Assembly (NCBI RefSeq): GCF_004010195.1
Contig: NC_057726.1
Location: 62,246,850 to 62,310,849, forward strand
DNA from: Chiloscyllium plagiosum
Lineage: Eukaryota
Reading direction: 5' to 3'
DNA length: 64,000 bases
How positions within the stretch are numbered: the stretch's first letter is position 1; the number at the start of each line of letters is the position of its first letter. The position numbers and the translations under genes are program-made. This document shows, one piece after another, positions 12,501 to 22,308 of this stretch. The notes beneath the pieces were generated by a model that ran no database searches, was not told where the DNA came from, and saw nothing but the letters and a program-made list of their open reading frames with translations.

Positions 12501-13856
12501 TTATCACAATCTCAGCATTCAAAGACGCAGCTTATTGTCTACATAACTTTATGTGCAAGCTTTCGAACTGTGGCATTTATTCACTTTTACTTGAAGTATC
12601 GGCTCCAATACTTGCTTTTTCTCAGCAATTGAGCCAGGGCAGTGGAAAGGACAAAGAAAGTAATGTTCATCAGCCCTCGTGTTTTGACGCTCACATGAAG
12701 AGTAACGATGAAAATGCTGCTTGTCGTTCAAATGATGATTATTACGTTAGCCAAATTTCAAAACCAAAGTATTGTTACTCAAGAAATATATTAAATCTGT
12801 TGAACCCCAGGAGCTACCGATTATCTGTATTGTTTTAGATACTAATTGGGGGGCACTGAATCTACTGCGTTGTAAGCTTCAAAATGTGACTTCTTTTGAA
12901 TTGCTCCCCTTCATCAGTAAGTAACTTCACTCTGATTTTCAAGCCATGACGCGGAAATTATGTAAGAGCTAGTTTCTGTACGCTTCAACCTCAGAAGGAG
13001 TAATTGGGTGTAGTCAGGACATCAATGTCACACCACAGACTAGCTAGATTGTTGTGCTCGCATTGACATAAGTTGCTTGTTGTCGAGTATTTGCATCGGA
13101 AATTTTGCTGGTAAACACCTGGTATTTAAGGTGCCTTTGGAATTATGATGGTTAATAGTTATAAAAGTTTCAGTTTTCTGCCTGTGATATTGATTGTCCA
13201 ATTACAATACTTTCAAGAGAATCGAATTACTAAGTGTAGGTCACCGCTCAAGTGATCAGTCCCCATGATTAAACTGCAAACGTTCATGAAATAAGCGATC
13301 AGTATCACGCTCTCACTTACCGTGCACAAATAAATGGGAACCAGTTCCATTTATTTGACCTATTCCTTGATAAATCACACCGCAGTGGTAGACTCCAGAC
13401 TCTTGAATGGTAACGCTCAGCAAGTTACAGAAAGCTGATGCTTCATTGTCAGCACCAAATCGTTTTCTGGGAAGCGTCTGAAAATGATCATTTCCAATCT
13501 GCTTCCACCAAATAACCTTTGGTTTTGAACGGGGCCGAGAGCTGGGGAATGTGCAGTGGAATGTAACGTCCTCCCCTCTGTTCACAGTTATTTCTTTGGG
13601 CGTTTGAGTAACACTGGACGAAGTGTGATCCGCAGCTGTTAGAAACAAAGTAAGATACAGATAACTGTCGTATACGGCATCAAGATAGAAGAATTCAATA
13701 CTTCAACAGAGAGATGAATTAATATTCTTTAAATGAACGAGGAGCTGTTTCGAAAGCCTTTAATTAATTAAAGCAGATCTGTCAATTAAATAAGCAAGTA
13801 CCGGTAAGAATGGACTCAAGTAGAATCAAACAAAGAAAATTCATCCTCGCTGTCAT
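9417..13856 (-). CDS. Gene A: non-rearranging IgSF inhibitory receptor, leader-V(J)-C1-TM-cytoplasmic tail with 4 ITIM-like motifs (SIRP-like architecture), 358 aa, 7 coding exons
   Basis: Exons (minus strand) 13856-13802, 13635-13321, 12418-12098, 11115-11002, 10392-10352, 9843-9742, 9545-9417 total 1077 nt with no internal stop. All introns are GT-AG with phases 1,1,1,1,0,0, the typical IgSF pattern. The paralog at 32.2-37.7 kb repeats the same exon layout. Confidence 0.88.
9742..9843 (-). CDS. Gene A exon 6, cytoplasmic, ITIM VQYTAV and the start of STYAE/V
   Basis: Acceptor tgtccctggcag, donor GAG|gtaaga, 102 nt phase 0/0: EAPSEGVQYTAVEFNRGKRTPRRIFEVERSTYAE. Confidence 0.85.
10352..10392 (-). 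CDS. Gene A exon 5, membrane-proximal cytoplasmic exon (NEGECTRQPDRRDK)
   Basis: Acceptor ggtatgcag, donor AAG|gtaatg. The 41-nt exon converts phase 1 to phase 0 exactly as needed to join exons 4 and 6. Confidence 0.75.
10621..10810. repeat. A-B-A'(inverted)-B local rearrangement in gene A intron 4
   Basis: 33-bp inverted repeat 10621-10653 / 10713-10745 (1 mismatch). About 62-bp direct repeat 10656-10717 / 10749-10810. Confidence 0.9.
11002..11115 (-). CDS. Gene A exon 4, stalk plus transmembrane segment (DSINSSLIFWTPICAAVGFSFLVLVTIIVKRYGLRSNR)
   Basis: Acceptor taattttgcag, donor A|gtaaga, 114 nt phase 1/1. About 23 uncharged hydrophobic residues followed by a KR stop-transfer. Confidence 0.88.
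12098..12418 (-). CDS. Gene A exon 3, Ig C1-set domain
   Basis: Acceptor ttttcatgcag, donor G|gtgagt. C1 signatures LTLLC..FYPEDFTLAW, GLYEVSSSL and YTCSVSHVSL (CxVxH). Confidence 0.93.
13321..13635 (-). CDS. Gene A exon 2, Ig V-type domain with germline J-like G strand
   Basis: Acceptor tttctaacag, donor G|gtaagt. Motifs VTQTP, GEDVTFHC, VIWWKQ, KRF, ESGVYHC and GTGSHLFV (GxG-x-x-L-x-V). Confidence 0.93.
13802..13856 (-). CDS. Gene A exon 1, signal peptide MTARMNFLCLILLESILT
   Basis: ATG at 13856, short hydrophobic core, phase-1 donor G|gtactt. Homologous to the gene B leader MVFQCLILRDIICT. Confidence 0.8.
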
Positions 13857-13920
13857 TCTAAGCAATGGATTCAACTGACGACTCTGTACAGTTCGTGCGA
13901 GTTGGTAACTGCTGAGATTC

Positions 13921-13963
13921 GTTTCCGGTTTGTTTTCTGCGAGGTATGTCGCAATGACGTTTA
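13921..13963 (-). promoter_or_regulatory. Gene A proximal promoter module: ETS-like CCGGAA plus CRE/ATF half-site TGACG
   Basis: TTCCGG at 13923-13928 and ATGACGTTT at 13954-13962. The same two motifs occur at almost the same spacing upstream of gene B. Confidence 0.55.
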
Positions 13964-16559
13964 ACGTTCTGAGAGTGTAGTTGGTATTTTGAGCCTCATA
14001 TGTTCAACGTTACTTTGTAGTTTCTGTGTTTATTTCACGTCTGAAATCACACGTATCACTGGAAGCAAAGTTTCGGAAGAGCCATTTCATTTTCAAATGC
14101 AAAGTTAACTCACACTGCTGATGTCCGTACTGTTTCTAAACACGAGTTGATCTGACTCCATCGTTCTCCTGGTCAGTGCGTCCAGATTTTAATCACAATT
14201 TTGGGCACGTGGCACTTGTTTTGACTTTTATCATAATGGAAGACTCTGGTTCTTGTCACTTCTTTAATGTGATCAGTAGGCTATTATCATTCCTTTCCGA
14301 GTTCTTATAATAGGAACAAAGGCATCAAATCTCCTCTCAACTTTCTCTTCATAAATGGAAATTGCCCGAGTTTCTCTACTAAACTTCGTCCTTCGTCCAT
14401 GGAATCAGGTATGTTTTGTGTCAGTCATCTCTCAGTGAGTTGGGATTTCCTTTCTGTGCTAGAATATACTAGGTGCAAATTACACTCCAGGAAGAGAAGA
14501 CAAAAACCAAGGCAGACAGTAATGGAATATACTACAATGGCAGGGGTGCCGCCTTTCAAATGGATGTTAAATAATCCTTGCAGATCTTTTTTTCAAAGAA
14601 GCGCACTGGAATTATTGGCGTTCTTTCCAATAATTGCGCTTCATTCGGCATAAAAACTCAGATTGCCTTTTTTTAAACGGATTACCGTTTGCAGAGGTGG
14701 GCAGGATATGATGTCAGCTGCGTTTTTTTTTAATGACAATGAATGCACTGGTAAAATAATTCATTGAGTGCAATCTGGTGTCGGAATTACAACCGCCCTA
14801 CAAAAGCTATGAAATTGAAAGCTTTGTTTCATTCTTAAAACTTGTTTCAGCTCAATTTCGAAATGTATTCATATCGTTCCGGACGGGCAAAGCCCAGAAA
14901 TCTACGCAATGCAGCAGTTCAGTCCGAGCCGTGTTTGGGAAATCTGCACCAGAATTTCCTTGCCTTAGTAGAATGTGGTCATACTTATAATGCTAAGGAC
15001 TCAGGAAGAATTATTCATTATTTGCTCTACTTACTTTGTCACTTTCACCAGTCTGTGCACAAATATCCCTGGTCCCTCTACTCTGGAACTCAAAGTAAGA
15101 CTGTTCCTTTCATTTGATATTGTCTGCTCGTGTTTTTCGCTGGTTGCTATCTTTGCTACAAGTACAGCAACTTCGATTGATTCGGTGCGCATTAGGTTTG
15201 ATATCTGCCTTGCTTACTGAGTCATTATTAAAATGCTTTCGAAGTACCATATATCTGAACATCCACATTCTCTATTATTTAGGAAAATCATAATCAAGTT
15301 AATGAGACATGCCTTGCCTTTCGGAAATGCGGATTGATTGCCGATAGGGGCAGGAGTTGGCCATTTGGCCCCTCAAACCTGCTCCAATGTTTAATATGGT
15401 CATGACTAATCGTCCAACTCAGCACCCTGTTTTTGCTTTCTTCCCACACCCTTTGATCTCTTTATGTCTAAGAACAGTATCTAACTCCTTCATGAAAACA
15501 TTCAACCGTTTTCTATGACAAAGAATTAATTTGGTTTTTATGACAGAGTATGGAAACAGAGCAGTGAAGAGAAAACCAGGTGGTGACATGCAACAAAGGT
15601 TGACGAGGTAATAGGGAAAAGGAAGACCAAGATGCAGCAACACGTTGCAGGTTGAGTGCACAAACAATTGTATCAACTTTGAGAAACGGTGTTGAGTCAA
15701 ATAGGGTTGTTGTCAGTTTGGATGTTCACTTATTTGAAATAATAGCTAAATTATGAACCCATTAAGGCAAGTGAATCCAATTTGAATAGGTGCAATGGAG
15801 GACATGGTGTAAGGCTCCAGTAGGTAAAAACACTGACTGCAGATGCTGGAAACCAGATTCTGGATTAGAGTGGTGCTGGAAAAGCACAGCAGTTCAGACA
15901 GCATCCAAGGAGCAGGAAAATCGACGTTTTGGGCAAAAGCGTCACACTTTTCAAGTGCCACTTCAACACGCCACTGTGTTCCCTGGCCATCTTTGTATCG
16001 GGTTTGCTGTTTGTCTCTGCCTGAGACAGCAGTTAACCACAATGGAATGACTTTTGCAAGGCAGAGTACAATTTGCCTTAATCAATTTACTCTTATTCGA
16101 AAATGTATCAAAAATACCAAGTATCAATAATATCCAAATATCAAAATATTCCCAAATACAACTTGTAAGCAGTTAAAAGGAACTACACAAGTCACCCTCT
16201 GCTTCTTTTACCCGAAACGTCGATTTTCCTGCTCCTTAAAGGCTGTCTGAATTACTGTGCTTTTCTGGCACCATTCTAATCCAAAGTAAGGCTCCTGTAG
16301 TGCGGTAGTGCTGTTCCTAACTCTGAAACAAGAAACTTCATGCCTTGCCTGCTTCAAACGTATATAATAATGTCTGAAAATATTGAATAGAACTTGTCTG
16401 AAGTGCACAATACCCTAATCAGAAAGTTTGAATTTTTTAAATCTCAAGAATTGAGGAACTTTCCTGGCACTGTGCGAGCAGAAGGAGTTAGAATTTGCTT
16501 TTTTGCCAAGTAATGTAATCCTTGTATTTCGATTTTCCTAAAACTTATAGAATAGAATT

Positions 16560-16755
16560 CAGAGAATCCCTACAGTGTGGAAATGGGCCATTTGGCCCAA
16601 CAAGTCCATACCAACGCTCCAAAAAGTATCCCACCTAAACACATTCCCCTACACTATTGTGCTACATTTCCCCTGACTAATGCACCTAACCTACATTTTC
16701 CTGAACACTATGGGCAATTTAGCATGGCCAATTTACCTAACCTGCACATCTTTGA
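16560..16755 (-). mobile_element. HE1-type SINE 3' fragment
   Basis: Reverse complement of the SINE 3' half seen at 54358-54680. Confidence 0.7.
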
Positions 16756-16789
16756 ACTTGTCAGCGTTCTCTCTATTGATTTGGAGCTG

Positions 16790-18212
16790 GGGTGGACAAA
16801 GTTAAGAATCACACAACTACAAGTTACAGTCCAGCAGGTTTATTTGGAAGCAGTAACTTTCGAAGTGCTGCTTCTTCATCAGGGTGGTTGTGAAGCAGGA
16901 CCAGAAGACACAGAATTGATAGCAAAAGATGACTTTGATGCAATGATACATTGAGCAAACCTAGATTGCTAAGTCGTTCATCTTTTAGAATGGATTTTGC
17001 TGGTTACGGTTCTTTAATATATAAATCCCAGAAGTTCATTTAAAGCACGTTTTCAAAATAATTTAAGGTTTTTATAACAAAAGCTGACATCTCAACTCAG
17101 ACAATGCCTTGCAGTTGCGAAGTTAGAGTCTGACTGTATCCCAAACTTGAGTCAGACTGGTTCCATTCCAAAGCGGAATTTACAAATATTATATGAATAC
17201 ATTGCCTGCATTGACTGCTTGCAGTTACTGCATTTTTAAGCAAAATAGAACACATTTGGAAGTTGAATTCTGCAAATACAAAGTCACCCCATTAACGTAT
17301 ATGTGTGTGGCGTGGAGTAGAGAGAGAGAGAGATCGCGTGATAGCAAAGGAGCAGAGCAGAAGCTGATAGCCAAGTACGGTACCCATGAGAATGGCCTCG
17401 ATCAGGTCATTGGGTTCATGTCACACTACATGGGACCCCACTCCAACATCGTATACACACACACAAGCACACACACACACACTTACATACTCAGATACTC
17501 ACACAGACCCTCTCTCAGACACAAGTTCTCTCTCATACGCACACACATACTCCTCCGACACTCACACCCACGCAGACACCCTCTCACAGGCTTATACCCC
17601 ATCACACTCACATCCGCACTTTACCAGGTTTCCACACACGCAAACACATATTCTCTCACGTGCACGCACACTCACATACCCACACTCACTCCATCTCCCT
17701 CTTCTGCACGCGCACACACATATATGCTTATGGGGTGAATTTGTATTTGAAGAATTATATTTGTGGATGCATTCTATTTCGCTCAAAAAATGCAGAAACT
17801 GCAAGCAGTCAATGCATATAAAACTTGTGAATTCCACTTTGGAAATAGAACCAGTCTGACTCGAGAATGGGATACAGACAGACTCTCACTTCACAACTTT
17901 AAGGCTTTGTCTGAGTTGAGATGTCATCTTTGTTATAAAACCTTGAATGATCTTGAGAATGTGACTTAGAAGAAGTTCTGAGATTTACATATTAAAGAAC
18001 GGAACCAGCAAATCCATTCTAAAAGATGAAATACTTAACAATCTCGCTTTGTTGAATGTATAATTGTACCACTGTAATCTTTTGCTGTAAACTCTGTGTC
18101 TGCTGGTCCTGCTTCACAATCACCTATGAAAAAGCAGTGCATCGAAGGTTAGCGCTTTCCAAATAAATCTGTTGGACGATAACCTGGTGTTGTGTGATTT
18201 TTAACTTTGTCT
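16790..18212. mobile_element. Penelope-like element remnant with inverted terminal segments and a CA-rich spacer
   Basis: 16790-17290 is the inverse of 17735-18212. EQKLIAKYGTHENGL is a GIY-YIG C-terminus. Hammerhead core at 16854-16882. CA/CT low complexity 17450-17725. Confidence 0.75.
16854..16882 (-). ncRNA. Minimal hammerhead ribozyme core, second Penelope family
   Basis: CUGAUGA-A-GAAG-CAGCA-CUUC-GAAA-GUUA. Confidence 0.55.
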
Positions 18213-18836
18213 CTCTCTGTTGGCAGTGGTTGGAAACAGTTCAAGCTCGAACGGAGAAATTGCGAGTTATTCAAGGTGAACTAGTGAACTGGTAACAGTC
18301 ATGTACACAGTTAAGGGTAAGGCGAGCAGTACTGGTACCTGAAGGAATGATCGGCACTGATCAATATGACATAACATCTCTAATTTGACGAAAGCTGAAC
18401 AGACGATCAGGGATGAACCACAACACGAATTTCACCCTCGAGCATTACTCCTGGAGAGAACAACACCAGAGCAACCCCTCGCCAGGAGGTGGGCGGAAAA
18501 GAGTGAAGGAACTATGCAGACTGGCCACCTGACTATTCCGAGGTAATGTGTTTCGATTTCAGTGCAGTTTTAAAGTAGCAGAGGGTGACTTGTGTAGTTT
18601 CCTTTAACTGCTTACAAGTTGTATTTGGGAATATTTTGATATTTGGATATTTCTGATACTTGGTATTTTTGATACATTTTAGAATAAAAGAGTAAATTGA
18701 TTAAAGTAAATTGTACTCTGCCTTGCAAAATTCATTCCATTGTGAATAACTGTTGTCTGTTGTCTCAGGCAGAGGCAAGCAGCAAACCCGATACAAAGAT
18801 GGCCAGGGATCACAGTGGCGTGTTGAAGTGGCTCTT

Positions 18837-19375
18837 GAAAAGTACAGCTAGTCAGGCAGTATCCGAGGAGCAGGAAAGTCGACGTTGCGGGCATAAACCC
18901 TTCATCGAAATGCAGCAGGCAACAAGAAGCTCCACATCATTTTTGCGGACAGAACGTAGGTGTTCTGCAAAGCGGTTCCCCACTCTGCACTTCATCTCTT
19001 CCATGTAGGCGGGAAACACGTTTTTGAGTACCAGCATCCACTCCAAAAGGACTGCATACCATCATTTCTGCCACCTCCAACAAAATACCACCACCAGATA
19101 TATATTGCTGCTGCCTCTCTTGTCAGCCCTCCACATGGACAGCTCCCTGCAGGATATCTTGGTCCACTCCTCCTCCACTCCAAATGCCGCCCCACACTCC
19201 GCAGTACCTTCCCACGGAATCACAGAAGTTGGAACACATGCCCTTTTACTCCTCCCTCCTCACTACCCAAGGGCCCGGACACATCTTCCAAGCGAAACAG
19301 CGATTTATCTATACTTCACTCAATCTAGTCGACTTTACTTGCTGCTCACCACATCCAATAGTGAGGAAAATCGGT
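18837..19375. mobile_element. Penelope-like fragment
   Basis: Terminal motif gagcaggaaagtcgacgtt, RVGNRFAEHLRSV on minus strand, QGPGHIFQAKQRF on plus strand. Confidence 0.7.
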
Positions 19376-22308
19376 GGCACATTTACAACTCCAAGCCATG
19401 ATTTCTTTGCCAGGTTATTTCTGACTTCCACCCAAACTGACTTCTACTTCAAGATGGATTTAATTCATATCACCAGATACTACCACACTGATATTTTCCT
19501 TTATTATCAAACTTTATTAACCTCGTCTCCTCTTCCGTTTTTCTTGTTCTTCCAGAGCATTGAATATCATTGAATATACGGAAGCCAAACTTGGTCACTC
19601 TAATCGCGATCAACTCATATTCGGTTGTTGCTATTTATGTTGTCAACTCATCGATCATGTTCATTTTATGTTAGCCTGCCTGACTCTCACACACCCACCA
19701 TGGTAAAACGCTTGCCAGTACTAATTTAGCTACTAATGTGTGAGTTTAAATTATACTGTGACTTCAAGTTGATGGTCCATTATTTCCTTTCATTCTTTTT
19801 AACTTGAGATAGGAACGCTGACTTTTTAGCTATATTGTACCATTATTTTCTTGGACTTATTCTTGTTTTCCATTTTTTTCTTCAATGTATCTGCAAATTT
19901 TATTTTTCAAGGATTTTGTTCATTGGGGTTAGGAAGTTGCTGTAAGATCATATTATTTCTTAAACTGCCTCAATTGGCCAGATTTACTCCATTCAGCTCC
20001 AGCCAGTGGGCACTTGTGATTTTTCACTTGTGATTTTTGTTTGGACGGTGGTAACACCATGTCGGGTATTACACATGGGTCACATCCCGACATTTTCAAA
20101 CTTCTCATTGGATTTTGAAACTACATGCTCCATGAACCAAATGACTTGCACCAGAATTAGTCTTTTTCATGGCATCAAAATTCATAGAAACATTCAAAAT
20201 TTTAATTGTTCTACCAGTGCCTGTGTAAAGCAATTTAAATGTCCAGTTTACCTTATGCCACTTCATTTCTCTTGCTAACTTCTCAATTGATGTGTTAATA
20301 CCTCCGCATTAATTTCCTCCTAATGTATAAGTCGAGCCTTTCGAAAGTTAAACATTTCCTTACTGGATTTCATGCCATGATTTCTCCATTTTCTGCAATT
20401 GACATATTTTCATGTTATGTCAGTATTTGCTTTCACTCTTATGAAATACTTTTTGCCTCTTTTCTTCAAGCTCAACATTTTATGTTCCAATTCCCTTTTC
20501 ATCTTCTTTCCGGCTTCCACTTTATTCATCCCACATTCTATCACAAGCTTATGTATGAACATAAAATATGGGAGCAGAATTAAACCATTGAAAAGATAAA
20601 CGTCAACTTCGTTTTTCTGCCTTTTTCCTCCATGTGTTGGTACACTTACTGATTTTAAAACCTGCCCACATCAGTTTTGAATCTGCTTCAGCAACTGTCT
20701 GGCCTACAACTCCAAGGATTCACTACCAACCAGTAGAAGAAATTCACCCTAATCTCGGTCTTAAGTGAGCATTCCTTTCCTCTGAGATTATGCCCACTGC
20801 CCCCATATTCTCTCAAGATATGAAACAGCATCTCCGGATGTACCCTGTAAAGTTCCTAAAGAATCATTCGTTGTCATAAGGTGTTCTTCCAACTTCCAAA
20901 GAGTGAGTAGGGTCTGTACTCAATCCCTCCTCATAATATAGTCCCTCCAAACCTGGAATAAGGATGGACAACCTTGACTGAATTGGCTCAACGTGACAAA
21001 TCTTTCCCTAGATCAAGAGACCAAAACTGTTCACGGTATTCCAGCTATTGTTTAACTCTTGCTTTTATACTTTTAGCATGAACTCCTTCTTCTTTATATT
21101 TCATTGCCTAGAAATTTGCTGTGTTTTCTCTCTTGTTCAAGCAGGTTTAACTGTCACTCAATCTTAACTGACTCCAATATCTCCCTTGGAGTAACAGTTC
21201 TTTCTTGTATTCTAGAAAGCCCAAATGCTGGTATAATAGTTCAATTATTCTTTGTCTTCCTGGCTCTGGACGGTAATACATTTGCTAATTCTATCAGGCT
21301 GGCTTTTGTTATCTCTCGAAAATTTGTCAAGGATTTCTCAACTGCAATAGCATTCGTCTGTGTACAAAGCTATCTTATTTCCGAATGCTAAGGCTGGTAT
21401 CTGCCCTTAAAGACTTACCCTATCTCCAGATGTAATCTTACATTATCATCATTCAAAGTATGCTGGTGGGGAGCCCCCAGACCTTTGTCACAGCTGAACA
21501 GGAAAAAGTGCACCAATAATCACATCCCCACTCTGAAGCAAAGCAAATCAGATGGCTGTTGCCAGGTTTAACTCAAATGTCAGAATTGATTCCAGAAAAT
21601 GCAAAATAATACATCCTCCTTCTAACTATACAAAAGGCGAAGTGAATTGTTCGAATGATACCCTTGACTGCAAGAGAAAAGGTTACTGTGTACGTTAACA
21701 TGCTGAAACACTATCTCTGATGCTATGTGGCATAGACGCTGACAGATCTGTCAGATAATAAGTGCTACTTCAAGAACATGGAACAGGTATATTACAGGAT
21801 AAGCAGGGAAACTAACATTTAATGATTGATTTTAGATTAGTTATAATCACATTTTGAAGTTGATCAATCTAATATTTGGTTTAAGAGTAACCAAAGTAGA
21901 TCTTGATGTTCCTGCATCATGTGGTCGTGTGCTTAATTTCATTTGACAAAAAAAATGAACCATGGGATTGAAACAGGGTAACGACGATAATCTAATGCTT
22001 AAAGTTACAGCTATAAGTTTGAGAAGGGTATATTTAATTTCAGCTCCATGGATCCAAGGTTGAATAATTCCCCACTAATTGCCCTTTAACAAGAAATTAG
22101 AGCAACTGCATTCTTCTACCTTTTATTCCCCGACATTTAACGATTAATTAAATACAACCTTTTCATGAAAATTAAATTTTACCTATGTATTTAGGTTACT
22201 AATTGTTGATTCTAATATCGTTTCAGATTAATTTTTTTTAGAAATTAGCATACTATTAATACACATAAGTTGAAGGATGTCAACCTTGGATCCTTAGTGT
22301 ATATATAG

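Larger units (their letters stand above)
15946..18843. repeat. About 260-bp inverted repeat pair (15946-16208 and 18572-18843)
   Basis: Arms are reverse complements with few differences (e.g. aactacacaagtcaccctctgc / gcagagggtgacttgtgtagtt). Confidence 0.9.

Noticed and set aside
12098-13635. Calling gene A an Ig light chain or TCR chain
   Set aside because: No RSS or separate J segments, a TM without CART/charged residues, and a long ITIM tail. These do not fit Ig or TCR.
17193-17859. His/Thr-rich ORFs of 150-180 aa (also 27167-27667)
   Set aside because: Translations of CA/CT low-complexity spacer within Penelope remnants.
18230-18545. CpG-rich plus-strand stretch with a YWY motif and a donor-like gag|gtaatg
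   Set aside because: Stops in the relevant frame and no other Ig or recognisable motifs.
18811-18850. RSS heptamer CACAGTG within the inverted repeat arms (also 15972-15978)
   Set aside because: No nonamer at 12 or 23 nt spacing and no flanking V, D or J coding segment.
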